DNA of 64,000 nucleotides from Anaerohalosphaeraceae bacterium (lineage in GTDB: Bacteria > Planctomycetota > Phycisphaerae > Sedimentisphaerales > Anaerohalosphaeraceae): the NCBI GenBank assembly GCA_963675525.2, contig CAXXSL010000016.1:864001-928000 (forward strand). The letters run 5' to 3'. Position 1 is the stretch's first letter. Every line of letters begins with the position of its first letter. Positions 45,494 through 57,975 of the stretch are shown here, in pieces. A program made the position numbers and the translations under genes. Below the pieces are notes generated by a model. That model was not told the origin of the DNA, ran no database searches, and was given only the letters and a program-made list of their open reading frames with translations.

Positions 45494-47559
45494 ATGGTCG
45501 ATAAACCAACACCTTCACCCAAGAAACCCCTGAAACAGGGCCCGGGGAGTCCCTTGCCCAAGTATAATCGCGGTCCATTTACGTGGCTTCTGGTCGGCCT
45601 GGTTATCATGACGCTACTGATGACGATGAGCAAGAATATGACGCGCTTTGAGGAAGTGCCGTTCTCCCAATTCAAGACCGATGTCGAGCAGGGTTACGTC
45701 AAAAATGTTGTTCACTTAAAATCCACCGGCGAAATTACGGGCGAGTATAGCCAGAAAGGCATTGCTTCCCGTGAAGGGGAGCAGCCGGTTAAATTTAAAA
45801 CCAAATATGACCCTGAGATGCTGCCGGATAACTATGAAGAGTGGCTGCGTCCGAAAGTTGAAACCTATTCATTTGAAAACCCCAGCCAGTGGGTGCCGAT
45901 CGTCTTTAATATCCTGCCGTTTATACTGTTGATCGCACTGATCTACTTTTTCTTTATTCGCAACATGAAAGCCGGCGGCGGCATGCTGATGAACTTCGGC
46001 CGCAGTAAGCATCGTATGCAGGGCAAAGGCACCAATGTGACGTTTGATAATGTTGCCGGTATCGAAGAAGCCAAGGACGAGGTGACGGAATTAATCGAAT
46101 TTTTAAAGAATCCCAAGAAGTTTAAAAAGCTGGGTGGGCGTATTCCTCGCGGCGTTCTCCTGGTGGGTCCTCCCGGCTGCGGCAAGACTTTGCTGGCCAA
46201 GGCGATTGCCGGAGAAGCGGAGGTACCGTTCTTCAGTATTGCCGGCAGTGATTTTGTCGAAATGTTTGTGGGCGTTGGTGCCAGCCGGGTCCGCGATCTG
46301 TTTAAGCAGGCCAAAGAGAATTCGCCCTGCATTATCTTCCTGGACGAGATTGACGCCATCGGTCGCAAACGTGGTCCCGGTTTTGTCAGCGGCGGGCATG
46401 ATGAGCGTGAGCAAACGCTGAATGCAATTTTAGTAGAAATGGACGGCTTTGATACGGACGATCAGGTTATTGTTGTGGCCGCGACGAACCGCGGAGACAT
46501 CCTGGATAGTGCCTTGACCCGCCCGGGCGTTTTGACCGGCAGGTCATTGTTCCGCTGCCGGATCTGAAAGGCCGCATGAATATTTTGCAGATTCACGCCA
46601 GGAAAGTGAAATACGCACCGGATATCAACTTTGAGAAACTGGCGCGCGGGACACCGATGTTCAGCGGCGCCGAACTGGAAGCGCTGATCAACGAAGCAGC
46701 CATCAGTGCCAGCATGCAGGATAAAGATTTTGTCGAGATGGCCGATTTTGAAGAGGCCCGCGATAAGGTTCGCTGGGGTCGTGCCAAACGAAGCCGTCAG
46801 GTTGACGATTACGACCGCAAGATGACAGCCTATCACGAGGCCGGGCACGCTTTGATCCAAGCGATGCTGAAAGATGCAGACCCGTTACACAAGGTCAGCA
46901 TTATTCCGCGCGGGCCGATGGGCGGGGCGACATTCTCGCTGCCGGAAAAGGACCGTTTGTACTACTCGAAGAAATATTGTCTGGCACAGTTGCAGGTCTG
47001 CTTTGGCGGACGTGTTGCTGAGGAGATATTCTGTGACGATGTAACCAGCGGGGCACAGTCGGATATCAAGCAGGCGACGATGATCGCACGTGAAATGGTG
47101 ACCGAATGGGGCATGGGCGAAGAACTGGGCCCGGTCAAGTATTCACCCGATATGGGTGCTGAAATGTATTACGGGATGGGCTCGGACTATTCCCAGAAAA
47201 CAGCCGAGACCATCGACCGTGAAATTAAAAAACTGATCGATCAGGCTTATGCCAAAGTCACGAATCTGGTCGAGGCCAACAAGGATAAGATGGAAGCACT
47301 GACTCAGGCCCTGCTGAAATACGAAACGCTGGATGCCGACGATGTGAAGATCATTCTTGACGGTGGAGCGCTGGACAAGCCGACCGTGGCTGATCTGCTG
47401 AAGATGGAGCAGGATAAAAGTAAAGGGAAATCGCCGAATGACAAAGATTATGATATTTATGCTGATTCGGATGACAGCTTCTGGGATGACGAGAAAGACG
47501 AACGGGTTGATGATGAGGGCTTCGGTGAAAAGGACGATGCGGAAGACGACATGTTATAA
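45494..47559 (+). CDS. ftsH: ATP-dependent zinc metalloprotease FtsH; -1 indel at about 46525
   Basis: Two TM helices, [26 protein letters not shown][R]FDRQ is broken at [19 protein letters not shown] and GGRVAEE lie in the second frame. Confidence 0.96.
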
Positions 47560-47591
47560 CGTCATTTAATTTCGATGAATGAATATTGATG

Positions 47592-47627
47592 AGCCCTGCA
47601 GGCGCGAATGCCTGCGGGGCTTTTTTT
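47592..47627 (+). terminator. Rho-independent terminator after ftsH
   Basis: GCCCTGCAGGC / GCCTGCGGGGC stem followed by T7. Confidence 0.85.
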
Positions 47628-47699
47628 ATGTTAAGAATTCATGCGGCAGGTTTCAAAATACGTCTCAATGAAAATACAGTTATCGAGGTGTCGGAAAAA

Positions 47700-47831
47700 C
47701 TGCCAAAATGAACGGGTTTTTCGGGTGCAATTTTGGCAGAGATTCAAATTTTACAGCGGCTCCGTTAATTCATAACTTATTGTAAAAAAAAGAGATACAT
47801 CTTCGCGTTTCAGATTGGCACGCTATTTGTA
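47700..47831 (+). promoter_or_regulatory. Putative sigma54 promoter with upstream activator inverted repeat for hsp20
   Basis: TGGCACG-CTAT-TTGTA at 47816-47831; IR CTGCCAAAAT (47700-47709) / ATTTTGGCAG (47730-47739). Confidence 0.55.
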
Positions 47832-47902
47832 ATTACCTTTTAATAGAGATGTTAGAACAAAAAAAGAATCGTTAACGTAATTAAAAGAAAGGAGTGAAGA
47901 CT

Positions 47903-48421
47903 ATGGTTTTCCAAGAAATGGTACCCTGGAAAAAAGGCAGACAGAATGTGAATGTACGACATGGCGAGAATGAGTTTCCTCTCAGTTCGCTGCAGCGCAG
48001 AATGAACCGGATGTTCGATGATTTCTTCGGTGACTTTAGTGATTTTTCACTCAGTCCTTTGCGTACATGGAGTCGTTGGGCCGAAGGGTTTGTCCCTCGA
48101 ATGGACATGACCGATACCGAAAATGAAATCACGATCATGGCTGAACTGGCCGGGGTTGATGAGAAGGATGTGGATATCACGGTGCAGGATGACGTGCTGA
48201 CAATTCGCGGCGAGAAAAAGACCGAACACGATGAAAAGAATCATCGCTGCTGCTTGGCCGAACGGTCTTACGGGACATTCAGTCGATCCATCGTATTACC
48301 TGCTGAGATCGAGCAGGATAAGATCGAAGCATCCTTCAAGAAAGGTATCCTTACGGTTCGCTTACCCAAGCTGCCCGTGGAAGAATCCAAAGCCAAAAAG
48401 ATCGAGATCAAAGGCGGCTAA
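47903..48421 (+). CDS. Hsp20/alpha-crystallin small heat shock protein
   Basis: LQRRMNRMFDDFF, AELAGV, LTIRGEK, ERSYGTFSRSI.LP, GILTV.LPK. Confidence 0.95.
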   Translation: MVFQEMVPWKKGRQNVNVRHGENEFPLSSLQRRMNRMFDDFFGDFSDFSLSPLRTWSRWAEGFVPRMDMTDTENEITIMAELAGVDEKDVDITVQDDVLTIRGEKKTEHDEKNHRCCLAERSYGTFSRSIVLPAEIEQDKIEASFKKGILTVRLPKLPVEESKAKKIEIKGG

Positions 48422-48608
48422 GAAAGTTATGTATTCACTGGGCCTGCTGCAAAGGCAGGCCCGTTTTATTGGATTTTGTGGTGATTGCCGAGAAGAGCAA
48501 TTAGGGGATGTTAAGCAAGCCCGGCTAAGACAGAGGGCTTGTTCGCGTTTTTGCATTGTAGAAAAGTTTAACAGCGAAGAAACAATTGAGTAAGAAGAAA
48601 GGACAAAC

Positions 48609-50054
48609 ATGATGAAACCAAGACAAAAAAAATCCGTAAAAATGCGGGTACTGACTCTGTTGCTATCGATCCTAACCGTTCCGATTTTTGCCGAGGAGGT
48701 CAATTCAAACGGGATTGAGACGTTACGAAAAACGGGGAAGGCATTTTCGTCCGTTGCCAAACAAGCGACGCCGGCGGTGGTCGCGGTGCAGGTCCGAACG
48801 AAAGTGACCGTTCGGGGCTCGGATTTTTTCGGCTCGCCTTTTGATAACGATTTCTTTGAACGGTTTTTTGGTCAGCGGATGCCCCGCGGTCAGCAGCCGC
48901 AGGAGCGTTGGCGAGGCGGACAGGCGTCCGGTTTTATCATCAGCGAAGACGGCTATGTCCTGACCAACCATCATGTCATTGACGGTGCCGACGAAATTAA
49001 AATTATCATGAGCGATGGCCAGGAGTATGACAAAGTTGAAGTTATCGGCTCAGACAATAAAGCCGATGTGGCGCTGCTCAAAATACAGGATGCGGATAAT
49101 CTGCCCACGGTCGAACTGGGCGATTCGGATGACCTGGAAATTGGGGAATGGGTTATTGCAATTGGCAATCCGTTCGGTTTGACTGAAACGCTGACGGTTG
49201 GCGTGGTTAGTGCGCTGGGCCGGAAGGTCGGCGGCGAAGACGTTTACCAGGATTTTATTCAGACGGATGCGGCAATCAATCCCGGCAACTCCGGCGGGCC
49301 GCTGCTCAATCTGGAAGGCAAAGTCATCGGTATTAATTCGGCGATCATCACCGGCGACCGGGGCTATATGGGCATCGGACTGGCGGTACCTATCAATATG
49401 GCCAAGGCCATTCAGGAACAGCTTATCAAAACGGGCAAGGTTCAGCGTGGCTATGCCGGTATTGGATTGCAGGATATTCCAGCTGAAATGGCGGAGTTTT
49501 TTAAGTTGGAGAACAATAAAGGTGCGGTCATTACCAATGTGCTCGAAGACAGTCCCGCTGATAAAGCCGGCTTCAAAAAAGACGACGTCATCATTCAAAT
49601 CGGCAACAAACAGGTCAATGATTCACAGGATGTCAAAAATATTATTGGTTTTACCGCCCCCGATACTGAAGTTGAAATAACCATCGTCCGAAAAGGCAAA
49701 GAAAAGAAAGTTATTCTTAAAGTGGGTTCCAAGCAGGAAAGTGAACTGGCCGAAACATCAGACGTCGGCAAAAAGCTGGGACTGACAGTTCAGACGATAA
49801 CCGAAGAAGTCGCCGATGAATACGGCGTTAAAGAGGGCGTTGGCGTGCTGATTCTGGAGGTTGAAGAAGGCAGTTCCGCTGCTTATAAAGGACTTCGCAA
49901 GGGAATGATTATTCTGGAGGTCAACGGTGAAAAGGTTACCGATGTCAGCGAGTTTAATCTGGCCCTGAAACCAACGGAAGAAACCAAAAAGGCTTATCTG
50001 TATGTAAAGGCTGGCCGGAGCGTGTACTATGTACCGTTGAAGCTGGATGAATAA
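48609..50054 (+). CDS. degP: DegP/HtrA serine protease with two PDZ domains
   Basis: TNHHV, DVAL, IGNPFGL, TDAAINPGNSGGPL, two PDZ domains. Confidence 0.95.
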   Translation: MMKPRQKKSVKMRVLTLLLSILTVPIFAEEVNSNGIETLRKTGKAFSSVAKQATPAVVAVQVRTKVTVRGSDFFGSPFDNDFFERFFGQRMPRGQQPQERWRGGQASGFIISEDGYVLTNHHVIDGADEIKIIMSDGQEYDKVEVIGSDNKADVALLKIQDADNLPTVELGDSDDLEIGEWVIAIGNPFGLTETLTVGVVSALGRKVGGEDVYQDFIQTDAAINPGNSGGPLLNLEGKVIGINSAIITGDRGYMGIGLAVPINMAKAIQEQLIKTGKVQRGYAGIGLQDIPAEMAEFFKLENNKGAVITNVLEDSPADKAGFKKDDVIIQIGNKQVNDSQDVKNIIGFTAPDTEVEITIVRKGKEKKVILKVGSKQESELAETSDVGKKLGLTVQTITEEVADEYGVKEGVGVLILEVEEGSSAAYKGLRKGMIILEVNGEKVTDVSEFNLALKPTEETKKAYLYVKAGRSVYYVPLKLDE

Positions 50055-50085
50055 TTGTCGTCATACACAAAGTCTGGATGAAAAT

Positions 50086-50122
50086 AAAAAGCCCGGGACG
50101 GTTAACCGCCCCGGGTTTTTTT
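50086..50122. terminator. Bidirectional terminator between degP and katG
   Basis: A5-GCCCGGGACGG-TTAA-CCGCCCCGGG-T7. Confidence 0.8.
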
Positions 50123-50145
50123 AAAACCAAAAATTTAATGTTGTT

Positions 50146-50208
50146 TTAAAGTCCCAGTTCTTTGGCAATTCCACGGCCGTAGTTTTTGTCGGCCTTGTTG
50201 AAATGGGC
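50146..50208 (-). pseudogene. 3'-terminal remnant of a monofunctional (KatA-type) catalase gene
   Basis: Minus-strand translation AHFNKADKNYGRGIAKELGL* matches the small-subunit catalase C-terminal pattern HFxKADxxYGxxVAxxLGL. Confidence 0.7.
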
Positions 50209-50213
50209 CGCTA

Positions 50214-52424
<2,211 letters not shown>

Positions 52425-52478
52425 TCATGATTAGGTTTTTACCCATGTCATATTTTTTAAATTTGAGCAAACAGCATA

Positions 52479-52877
52479 TTATGACTTTTTCTTATGGCCT
52501 CGCATGACGACCTGATAATCGAGCACTTCAAAATCCGCAAGTGAGCCCGCTCCGCTTACTTTCAGGGCGGCCCAGGGAATATCATGAATTTCGCCTGTCT
52601 TCTCATCAATAAAATGGTGGTGAGGTTCCACACAAGAGTCATAAACGACCATCCCTTCTTTTATTACTTGAGTTTTTAAGATTCCCTTCTCTACAAAGAG
52701 ATTGAGTGTATTGTAAACAGTGGCTCGTGATATTGTGGGGCAGCTCTTCTTAACAACCTGCCAGAGATCATCAGCGGATGTGTGAATCTTCACTCGAAGA
52801 ACAGCTTCAGCGACCGCGATTCGCTGCGGGGTAGGCTGTACCTTGTGTTTCCGAAGGATAGTGATTATCGTTTCCAT
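52479..52877 (-). CDS. Fur-family (PerR/FurA-like) repressor
   Basis: TPQRIAV, H.SAD, ISRATVYNTL, PHHHF; immediately upstream of katG. Confidence 0.92.
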   Translation of the reverse strand: METIITILRKHKVQPTPQRIAVAEAVLRVKIHTSADDLWQVVKKSCPTISRATVYNTLNLFVEKGILKTQVIKEGMVVYDSCVEPHHHFIDEKTGEIHDIPWAALKVSGAGSLADFEVLDYQVVMRGHKKKS

Positions 52878-52882
52878 TAGTA

Positions 52883-52914
52883 TTTAGACTAAGTCTAAAA
52901 CAATACAACGTCAA
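52883..52914 (-). promoter_or_regulatory. Fur/PerR-type operator overlapping the promoter of fur-katG
   Basis: Palindrome TTTAGACT-A-AGTCTAAA at 52883-52899. On the minus strand, TTGACG-17-TAGTCT ends 8 nt before the ATG. Confidence 0.7.
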
Positions 52915-52948
52915 GAAAAATCAGTAAATTTTCAAAAAAACCGCATTT

Positions 52949-54269
52949 TTAAACAGATTGAACGACATGGCTGGAGAGTTTATCGATTCGGTCGCGGAAA
53001 TTGGAATCGGATTTGTACAATTGCTCGATCTTGGTGCAGGCATGAACGACCGTTGAGTGGTCGCGTCCGCCGAGATGGCCGCCGATCTCTTCGAGGCTGT
53101 GGCGGGTCAGACTTCGTGCCAGGTACATGCAGACCTGCCGGGGCAGGGCAATGGATTGGCTGCGTTTTTTGCTTTGGAGGTCCGTAATGCGGACATCGAA
53201 ATGGTCACTGACCATACGGATGATATCTGACATGGTTACGTTTTTTGAGACCGCGACATCTTGTACGCCGAGTGCCTGGCGAGCCAGTTCCAGCGTAATC
53301 GGCTGATTCGTGGTTTGCGCGGTGGCGTAAATGATGGTCAGCGCGCCTTCCAGTTCACGGATATTGGTCTTGATATGTTCGGCGATCAGTTCGGCGACAC
53401 CGTCGGGCAGCACCAGTCCGCGAAGATGGGCTTTTTTCTTAATGATTGCGATGCGTGTTTCATAGCTGGGGGCGTCCAGTCGGGCGACCAGTCCCCCATT
53501 TGAACCTGCTGATCAGCCGGTCTTCCAGTGCTGCCAGGTCCTGCGGCGCACAGTCGGCGGTCAGGACGATTTGTCTGCGGTTGTTGTACAAAGCGTTAAA
53601 GGTGTGGAAAAATTCCTCCTGGCTCTGCTCGCGTTCGCGTAAAAACTGAACATCATCAATGATCAACACGTCTACCGTGCGGTACTGATTCTGAAATTCC
53701 TGCAGGCTACCCTTTTCGATTGCACTGATAAACCCGTTGACAAACTCTTCACAACTGAGGAACTGGATCGAGATATCGGCCTGCATCTTGCGGGCATCGT
53801 GGCAGACCGCGTGAAGCAGATGTGTTTTTCCGAGGCCGACATTACCGTACAAAAACAATGGGTTATAAATCATGCCGGGGCTTTGGCTGATGGCAATGCA
53901 GCTTGCATGTGCCAGTCGGTTACAGGGGCCGACGACAAAACTGTTAAACGTATAATCCGGATGCAGGCGGACCCGCCCAGCTTTTTCTGCGGCAAGTGAA
54001 GTTTCAGTTTTTTGCAGCCGGTCAGCGGGAACGAACTGGACCGAAACGAGATGGCCGGTGATGTTCTGAGCGGCCTGTGTAAATATGGGCAAACAGTGAT
54101 CCTGAAGAAATTCCGCACACGACTGATCCGGACAGCCGATCTGCAATAGACCGTGGTCAAAGGAAGTGATCTGCAATTCATCGAACCATTTACGAGAATT
54201 AACGGGGTCAATCGCCTTGACGCGTCCCAGAATGTCTTCCAAAATTTCGGTTGTGTCCTGTTTTACCAA
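52949..54269 (-). CDS. dnaA: Chromosomal replication initiator DnaA; +1 indel in the C5 run at 53493-53497
   Basis: YTFNSFVVG..N, YNPLFLYGNVGLGKTHL, LIIDDVQF, SRFKWG|LVARLDAPSYETR, NIRELEGAL, GGRDHSTV. Start inferred at TTG 54269. Confidence 0.95.
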
Positions 54270-54511
54270 CGGTCCCTCGTTTTCATTGTTTATTGTAACG
54301 ACTTCACGACATTGCCTGGAGGGATGAAAGAGACTCATCATGACCTCCTTTGGCGGCAAGCACAACTGCCCGACAAAAAACTCAATCTACCCTTGAGATG
54401 GCCGAATGTCAAAGAATTTTGGATTGGGGAATTCGACAAAACCGCACGGGCAATTTCTAAGTAATGCCATTATAAGGAGTTGTTTGCCTCATGTTTTTTC
54501 CGGTAAATGAT

Positions 54512-56662
54512 TTATTGCGGCGGATACGGCATTTGGAGATTTTCGACAAGAAACGCATAAATGTCGGCAAGCTCTTCGATAAGCATGCAAGTCGGCTTTC
54601 CGGAGCCGTGGCCGGCACGGGTTTCAATGCGAATCAGAACGGGACGGTTACCTTGGTGAACCTGTTGAAGCTTGGCGGCAAATTTAAATGAATGACCGGG
54701 AACAACGCGGTCGTCGGTATCGGCGGTGATGACCAGTGTTGCGGGATAATGTATGCCCTTTTTCAGGTTGTGGTAGGGAGAATAGCCTTTCAGGTATTCA
54801 AACGTATCCTTGTTCTCCTGCGCTGAGCCGAATTCGTCCACCCAGAAACGTCCTGCGGTGAACTGATCGTATCGCAACATATCCATGACTCCGACTTGTG
54901 GGACGGCGGCGGCAAACAAGTCCGGCCGTTGCGTCATGCAGGCGCCGACCAGTAACCCTCCGTTAGACCCACCCTGAATCGCCAGTTTTTCTGCAGACGT
55001 ATATTTTTGGTCGATCAGATATTCTGCGGCAGCCATAAAGTCATCAAAAACATTCTGTTTATTAAACTTCTTTCCTGCTTCGTGCCACGTTTCGCCATAT
55101 TCCCCACCGCCGCGCAGATTGGCGACCGCATAGATGCCGCCGTTTTCCAGCCAGACAATTCGTGAACTCCAAAAATAAGGGCACACCGGGATGCCAAACC
55201 CTCCGTATCCGGAAAGTAACGCGGCGTTCGTACCATTACGCGACATCCTTTTTTTATAGGTGATAAACATTGGAATACGTGTTCCGTCTTGGCTTTCGTA
55301 GAATACTTGCTCTGTCACATAATGGTCAGAATCAAAGTCTATTTTGGGACGATCCAACAAAGTAGATTGACCGGTCACCATGTCATATCGATAAATAGAA
55401 GGGGGGACGGCGAAAGACTGAAATGAATAGAATGTTTCAGTGTCTTTACACTTTCCGTCAAAACCGAATGCCGACCCTAATCCCGGCAAGCTGATATCTC
55501 GAACATATGTGCCATCTAATGTGTATAGTGTAATCGAGGAAGCAACATCTTTCAGGTAATTGCAAACAAACTGGTTATTAATTATATCGATGGCCCGGAG
55601 GGGCGACGAAGCTTCGGGAATGATTTCCCTGTGATTTTCAGGGTCCGGGTTATGAATATCTATCGCGACGATGCGTCTGTTGGGAGCATTGTTGTCGGTC
55701 AGAAAGTAAAAAACCGACTCCTTATTATCAATAAAGGTATAGTTATTTTCGAAATTCGGGATCAAGTCCACCAGAGCAGCATTCGGGTTATAAAGATCCA
55801 GGTAGCCGATGCGATATTTTTCATCGGTTCCGATGTGGGTTGTGATAATTAAGTATCGTCCGTCATCAGTCACGACCGGGTCATAACCCCATTCAGGATG
55901 GTCAGGCTGATAATAAACAACACGGTCCTCGGATTGCGGTGTTCCTATATGATGATACATGACTTTCATATCTTTGTTTAATGAGAGGAACTTTTTTTCA
56001 GGATCGGGGTCGGGATACTTAGCGTAGTAAACACCGGTGCTGTCATTGTTCCAGGCGATGTTTGTAAATTTAAGATGGATAAGGCTGTCAGATAAATCGT
56101 CACCGGTTTCAACATTTCGAATCTTCCACGTCTTCCAATCCGAGCCGCTTTCCTGAATGGCATAAGCAACATAGTCTCCGTTTTGGTTGAAAGACATTTG
56201 GCTCAGGGCGGTGGTTCCGTCGTCGGACCAGTTGTTGGGATTAAGGAGAATTTGCTGAGGGCCGTCCAGTGAATCCATGGTATAGACGACAGAGTGGTTC
56301 TGCAGTCCGCTATTTTTTGAAATAAAATAACGGTTTCCGGCTTTCCAGGGAATACCGATTTTTTCATAATCCCAAAGTTTGGTCATGCGATTCTTAATGG
56401 ATTCCCGGTGGGGCAACGCATGCAGGTATTCAAATGTAATCTTATTTTGAGCGTCGATCCATTCCTTAACGGATTCCGAGTGTCGAACATCTTCTTCCAG
56501 CCATTGGTAAGGGTCATTGACATTGATACCATGATAAGTGTTTATTTGGTTAATACGCCGGGTTTTTGGGTATCGTAATGTTGTTGTTTTGCAACCGCCG
56601 TACAGAAAGGTGATAATGAGACATAAAACGATTAACGTTCGTTTCGTTGTGATTTTTGCCAT
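54512..56662 (-). CDS. Prolyl oligopeptidase (S9A), lipoprotein
   Basis: DPYQWLE, GYGGF, RGGGEYG, GGSNGG, DDRV, AGHG. Confidence 0.96.
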   Translation of the reverse strand: MAKITTKRTLIVLCLIITFLYGGCKTTTLRYPKTRRINQINTYHGINVNDPYQWLEEDVRHSESVKEWIDAQNKITFEYLHALPHRESIKNRMTKLWDYEKIGIPWKAGNRYFISKNSGLQNHSVVYTMDSLDGPQQILLNPNNWSDDGTTALSQMSFNQNGDYVAYAIQESGSDWKTWKIRNVETGDDLSDSLIHLKFTNIAWNNDSTGVYYAKYPDPDPEKKFLSLNKDMKVMYHHIGTPQSEDRVVYYQPDHPEWGYDPVVTDDGRYLIITTHIGTDEKYRIGYLDLYNPNAALVDLIPNFENNYTFIDNKESVFYFLTDNNAPNRRIVAIDIHNPDPENHREIIPEASSPLRAIDIINNQFVCNYLKDVASSITLYTLDGTYVRDISLPGLGSAFGFDGKCKDTETFYSFQSFAVPPSIYRYDMVTGQSTLLDRPKIDFDSDHYVTEQVFYESQDGTRIPMFITYKKRMSRNGTNAALLSGYGGFGIPVCPYFWSSRIVWLENGGIYAVANLRGGGEYGETWHEAGKKFNKQNVFDDFMAAAEYLIDQKYTSAEKLAIQGGSNGGLLVGACMTQRPDLFAAAVPQVGVMDMLRYDQFTAGRFWVDEFGSAQENKDTFEYLKGYSPYHNLKKGIHYPATLVITADTDDRVVPGHSFKFAAKLQQVHQGNRPVLIRIETRAGHGSGKPTCMLIEELADIYAFLVENLQMPYPPQ

Positions 56663-56664
56663 GG

Positions 56665-56739
56665 TTAAAAAGTCCTTTTGCCGTTGAGAATAAGCGTCAT
56701 CGGGTCATCACCGGTGCTGTCAATGTGCATGTGGGCGGC
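56665..56739 (-). pseudogene. Diverged duplicate of the dtd 3' end
   Basis: Translates to [24 protein letters not shown], versus [23 protein letters not shown] at the dtd end (57523-57594). Confidence 0.8.
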
Positions 56740-56758
56740 TTGTACCGGCGGAACCGAA

Positions 56759-57478
56759 TCAGGTATTCATCTCATTTCTGATAAAAATCGCATCCATCTG
56801 TTTTAGGCGTTCTTCATGGTTAAAAAAGTTATAGAAATTATATAGACAAAAACCGTAATCGTTCAGCAATCCCATATACTCGTGTAACTTCGCCTGACCG
56901 CTGTAGGACGGCATGGTAATAATTTCTGTGTAAATAACACTTACTTTTCGCTCGGCGAAGGTCTGTTTTGCCCCTTCCAGCACAAGGGGTTCGGCACCCT
57001 GAACATCCAGTTTCAGCAGATCGATCCGGTCGATATGATGAGTCTGGCAAAAATCATCGATTGTGGAAGTCGGAACGGTTATTTTTTCAATCGTCTCCAG
57101 CAATCCCTGCCCCCATGTTTTGGCGACCCCCGGCTGTGTTGAAAGAAGGGAGTTCGTTGCCGATGACGGATTCACATGAAACTCGGCCGTACCCGTGCGA
57201 TTGCTCAAGGCCAAATTATGCGTGTGAATTTGATCGATGGATGCCGTTCTCTTTTGTAAGACCGCAAAAGAATCCGGGGACGGCTCAAAAGCGTAAATGG
57301 ATGCCTTTGGGAAAACCCCATGGTAAAGTGTGCTTACGTATCCACGATGCGCACCCACATCAAAAATGACGGGGGTATTTATGCCAGCAAGCAGTTTTTC
57401 CTGGTTACGGAACGCATCCTGGTAGCGGTGGATTTCGTAGCCGTATTTTCGAAAGAGTCTCTGAATGGTTGCTTTCAT
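56759..57478 (-). CDS. FkbM-family SAM-dependent methyltransferase
   Basis: IFDVGAHRG, AFEP, IDLLKLDVQGAE. Confidence 0.93.
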   Translation of the reverse strand: MKATIQRLFRKYGYEIHRYQDAFRNQEKLLAGINTPVIFDVGAHRGYVSTLYHGVFPKASIYAFEPSPDSFAVLQKRTASIDQIHTHNLALSNRTGTAEFHVNPSSATNSLLSTQPGVAKTWGQGLLETIEKITVPTSTIDDFCQTHHIDRIDLLKLDVQGAEPLVLEGAKQTFAERKVSVIYTEIITMPSYSGQAKLHEYMGLLNDYGFCLYNFYNFFNHEERLKQMDAIFIRNEMNT

Positions 57479-57522
57479 ATTTACCTCTCTAAAATGTCAA
57501 CATTTTAACGAATCGTATAATA

Positions 57523-57969
57523 TCAATCTTTTTTGGTGTCGAGCAGAATCGTCACCGGGCCATCATTGATGCTGTCGATATGCATGTGGGCGGCGAAGAT
57601 ACCAGTTTCGACAAGCACCCCATTTTCTTTAATTGCGGCAATCGTCTTTTTGTACAGAGTTTTTGCCAGATCAGGTGGTCCGGCGGCAGTAAAATCAGGC
57701 CGGCGGCCTTTGCGGCAGTCCCCGAACAGCGTAAACTGGCTGATGAGCAGGACCCCGCCGCCGATATCTTTAACGGACAGATTCATCTTTCCGTTGTCGT
57801 CTTCAAAAATGCGCAAATTGACGACCTTGTCGGCGATAAAAGCGATGTCGTCTTCGGTGTCATCTTTGGCAACACCTAAAAAGACCAACAATCCCTTTTC
57901 GATTTGGCCGGCGATGTGTCCATCGACTGTAACGCTGGCTTGATTAACTCGCTGTATGACGGCACGCAT
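57523..57969 (-). CDS. dtd: D-aminoacyl-tRNA deacylase
   Basis: [24 protein letters not shown]. Confidence 0.97.
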   Translation of the reverse strand: MRAVIQRVNQASVTVDGHIAGQIEKGLLVFLGVAKDDTEDDIAFIADKVVNLRIFEDDNGKMNLSVKDIGGGVLLISQFTLFGDCRKGRRPDFTAAGPPDLAKTLYKKTIAAIKENGVLVETGIFAAHMHIDSINDGPVTILLDTKKD

Positions 57970-57975
57970 AAAAAT

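Noticed and set aside
45494..47559. ftsH as a pseudogene or programmed frameshift (same for dnaA)
   Set aside because: A single-base indel in a short homopolymer with otherwise intact motifs is better explained by sequencing error.
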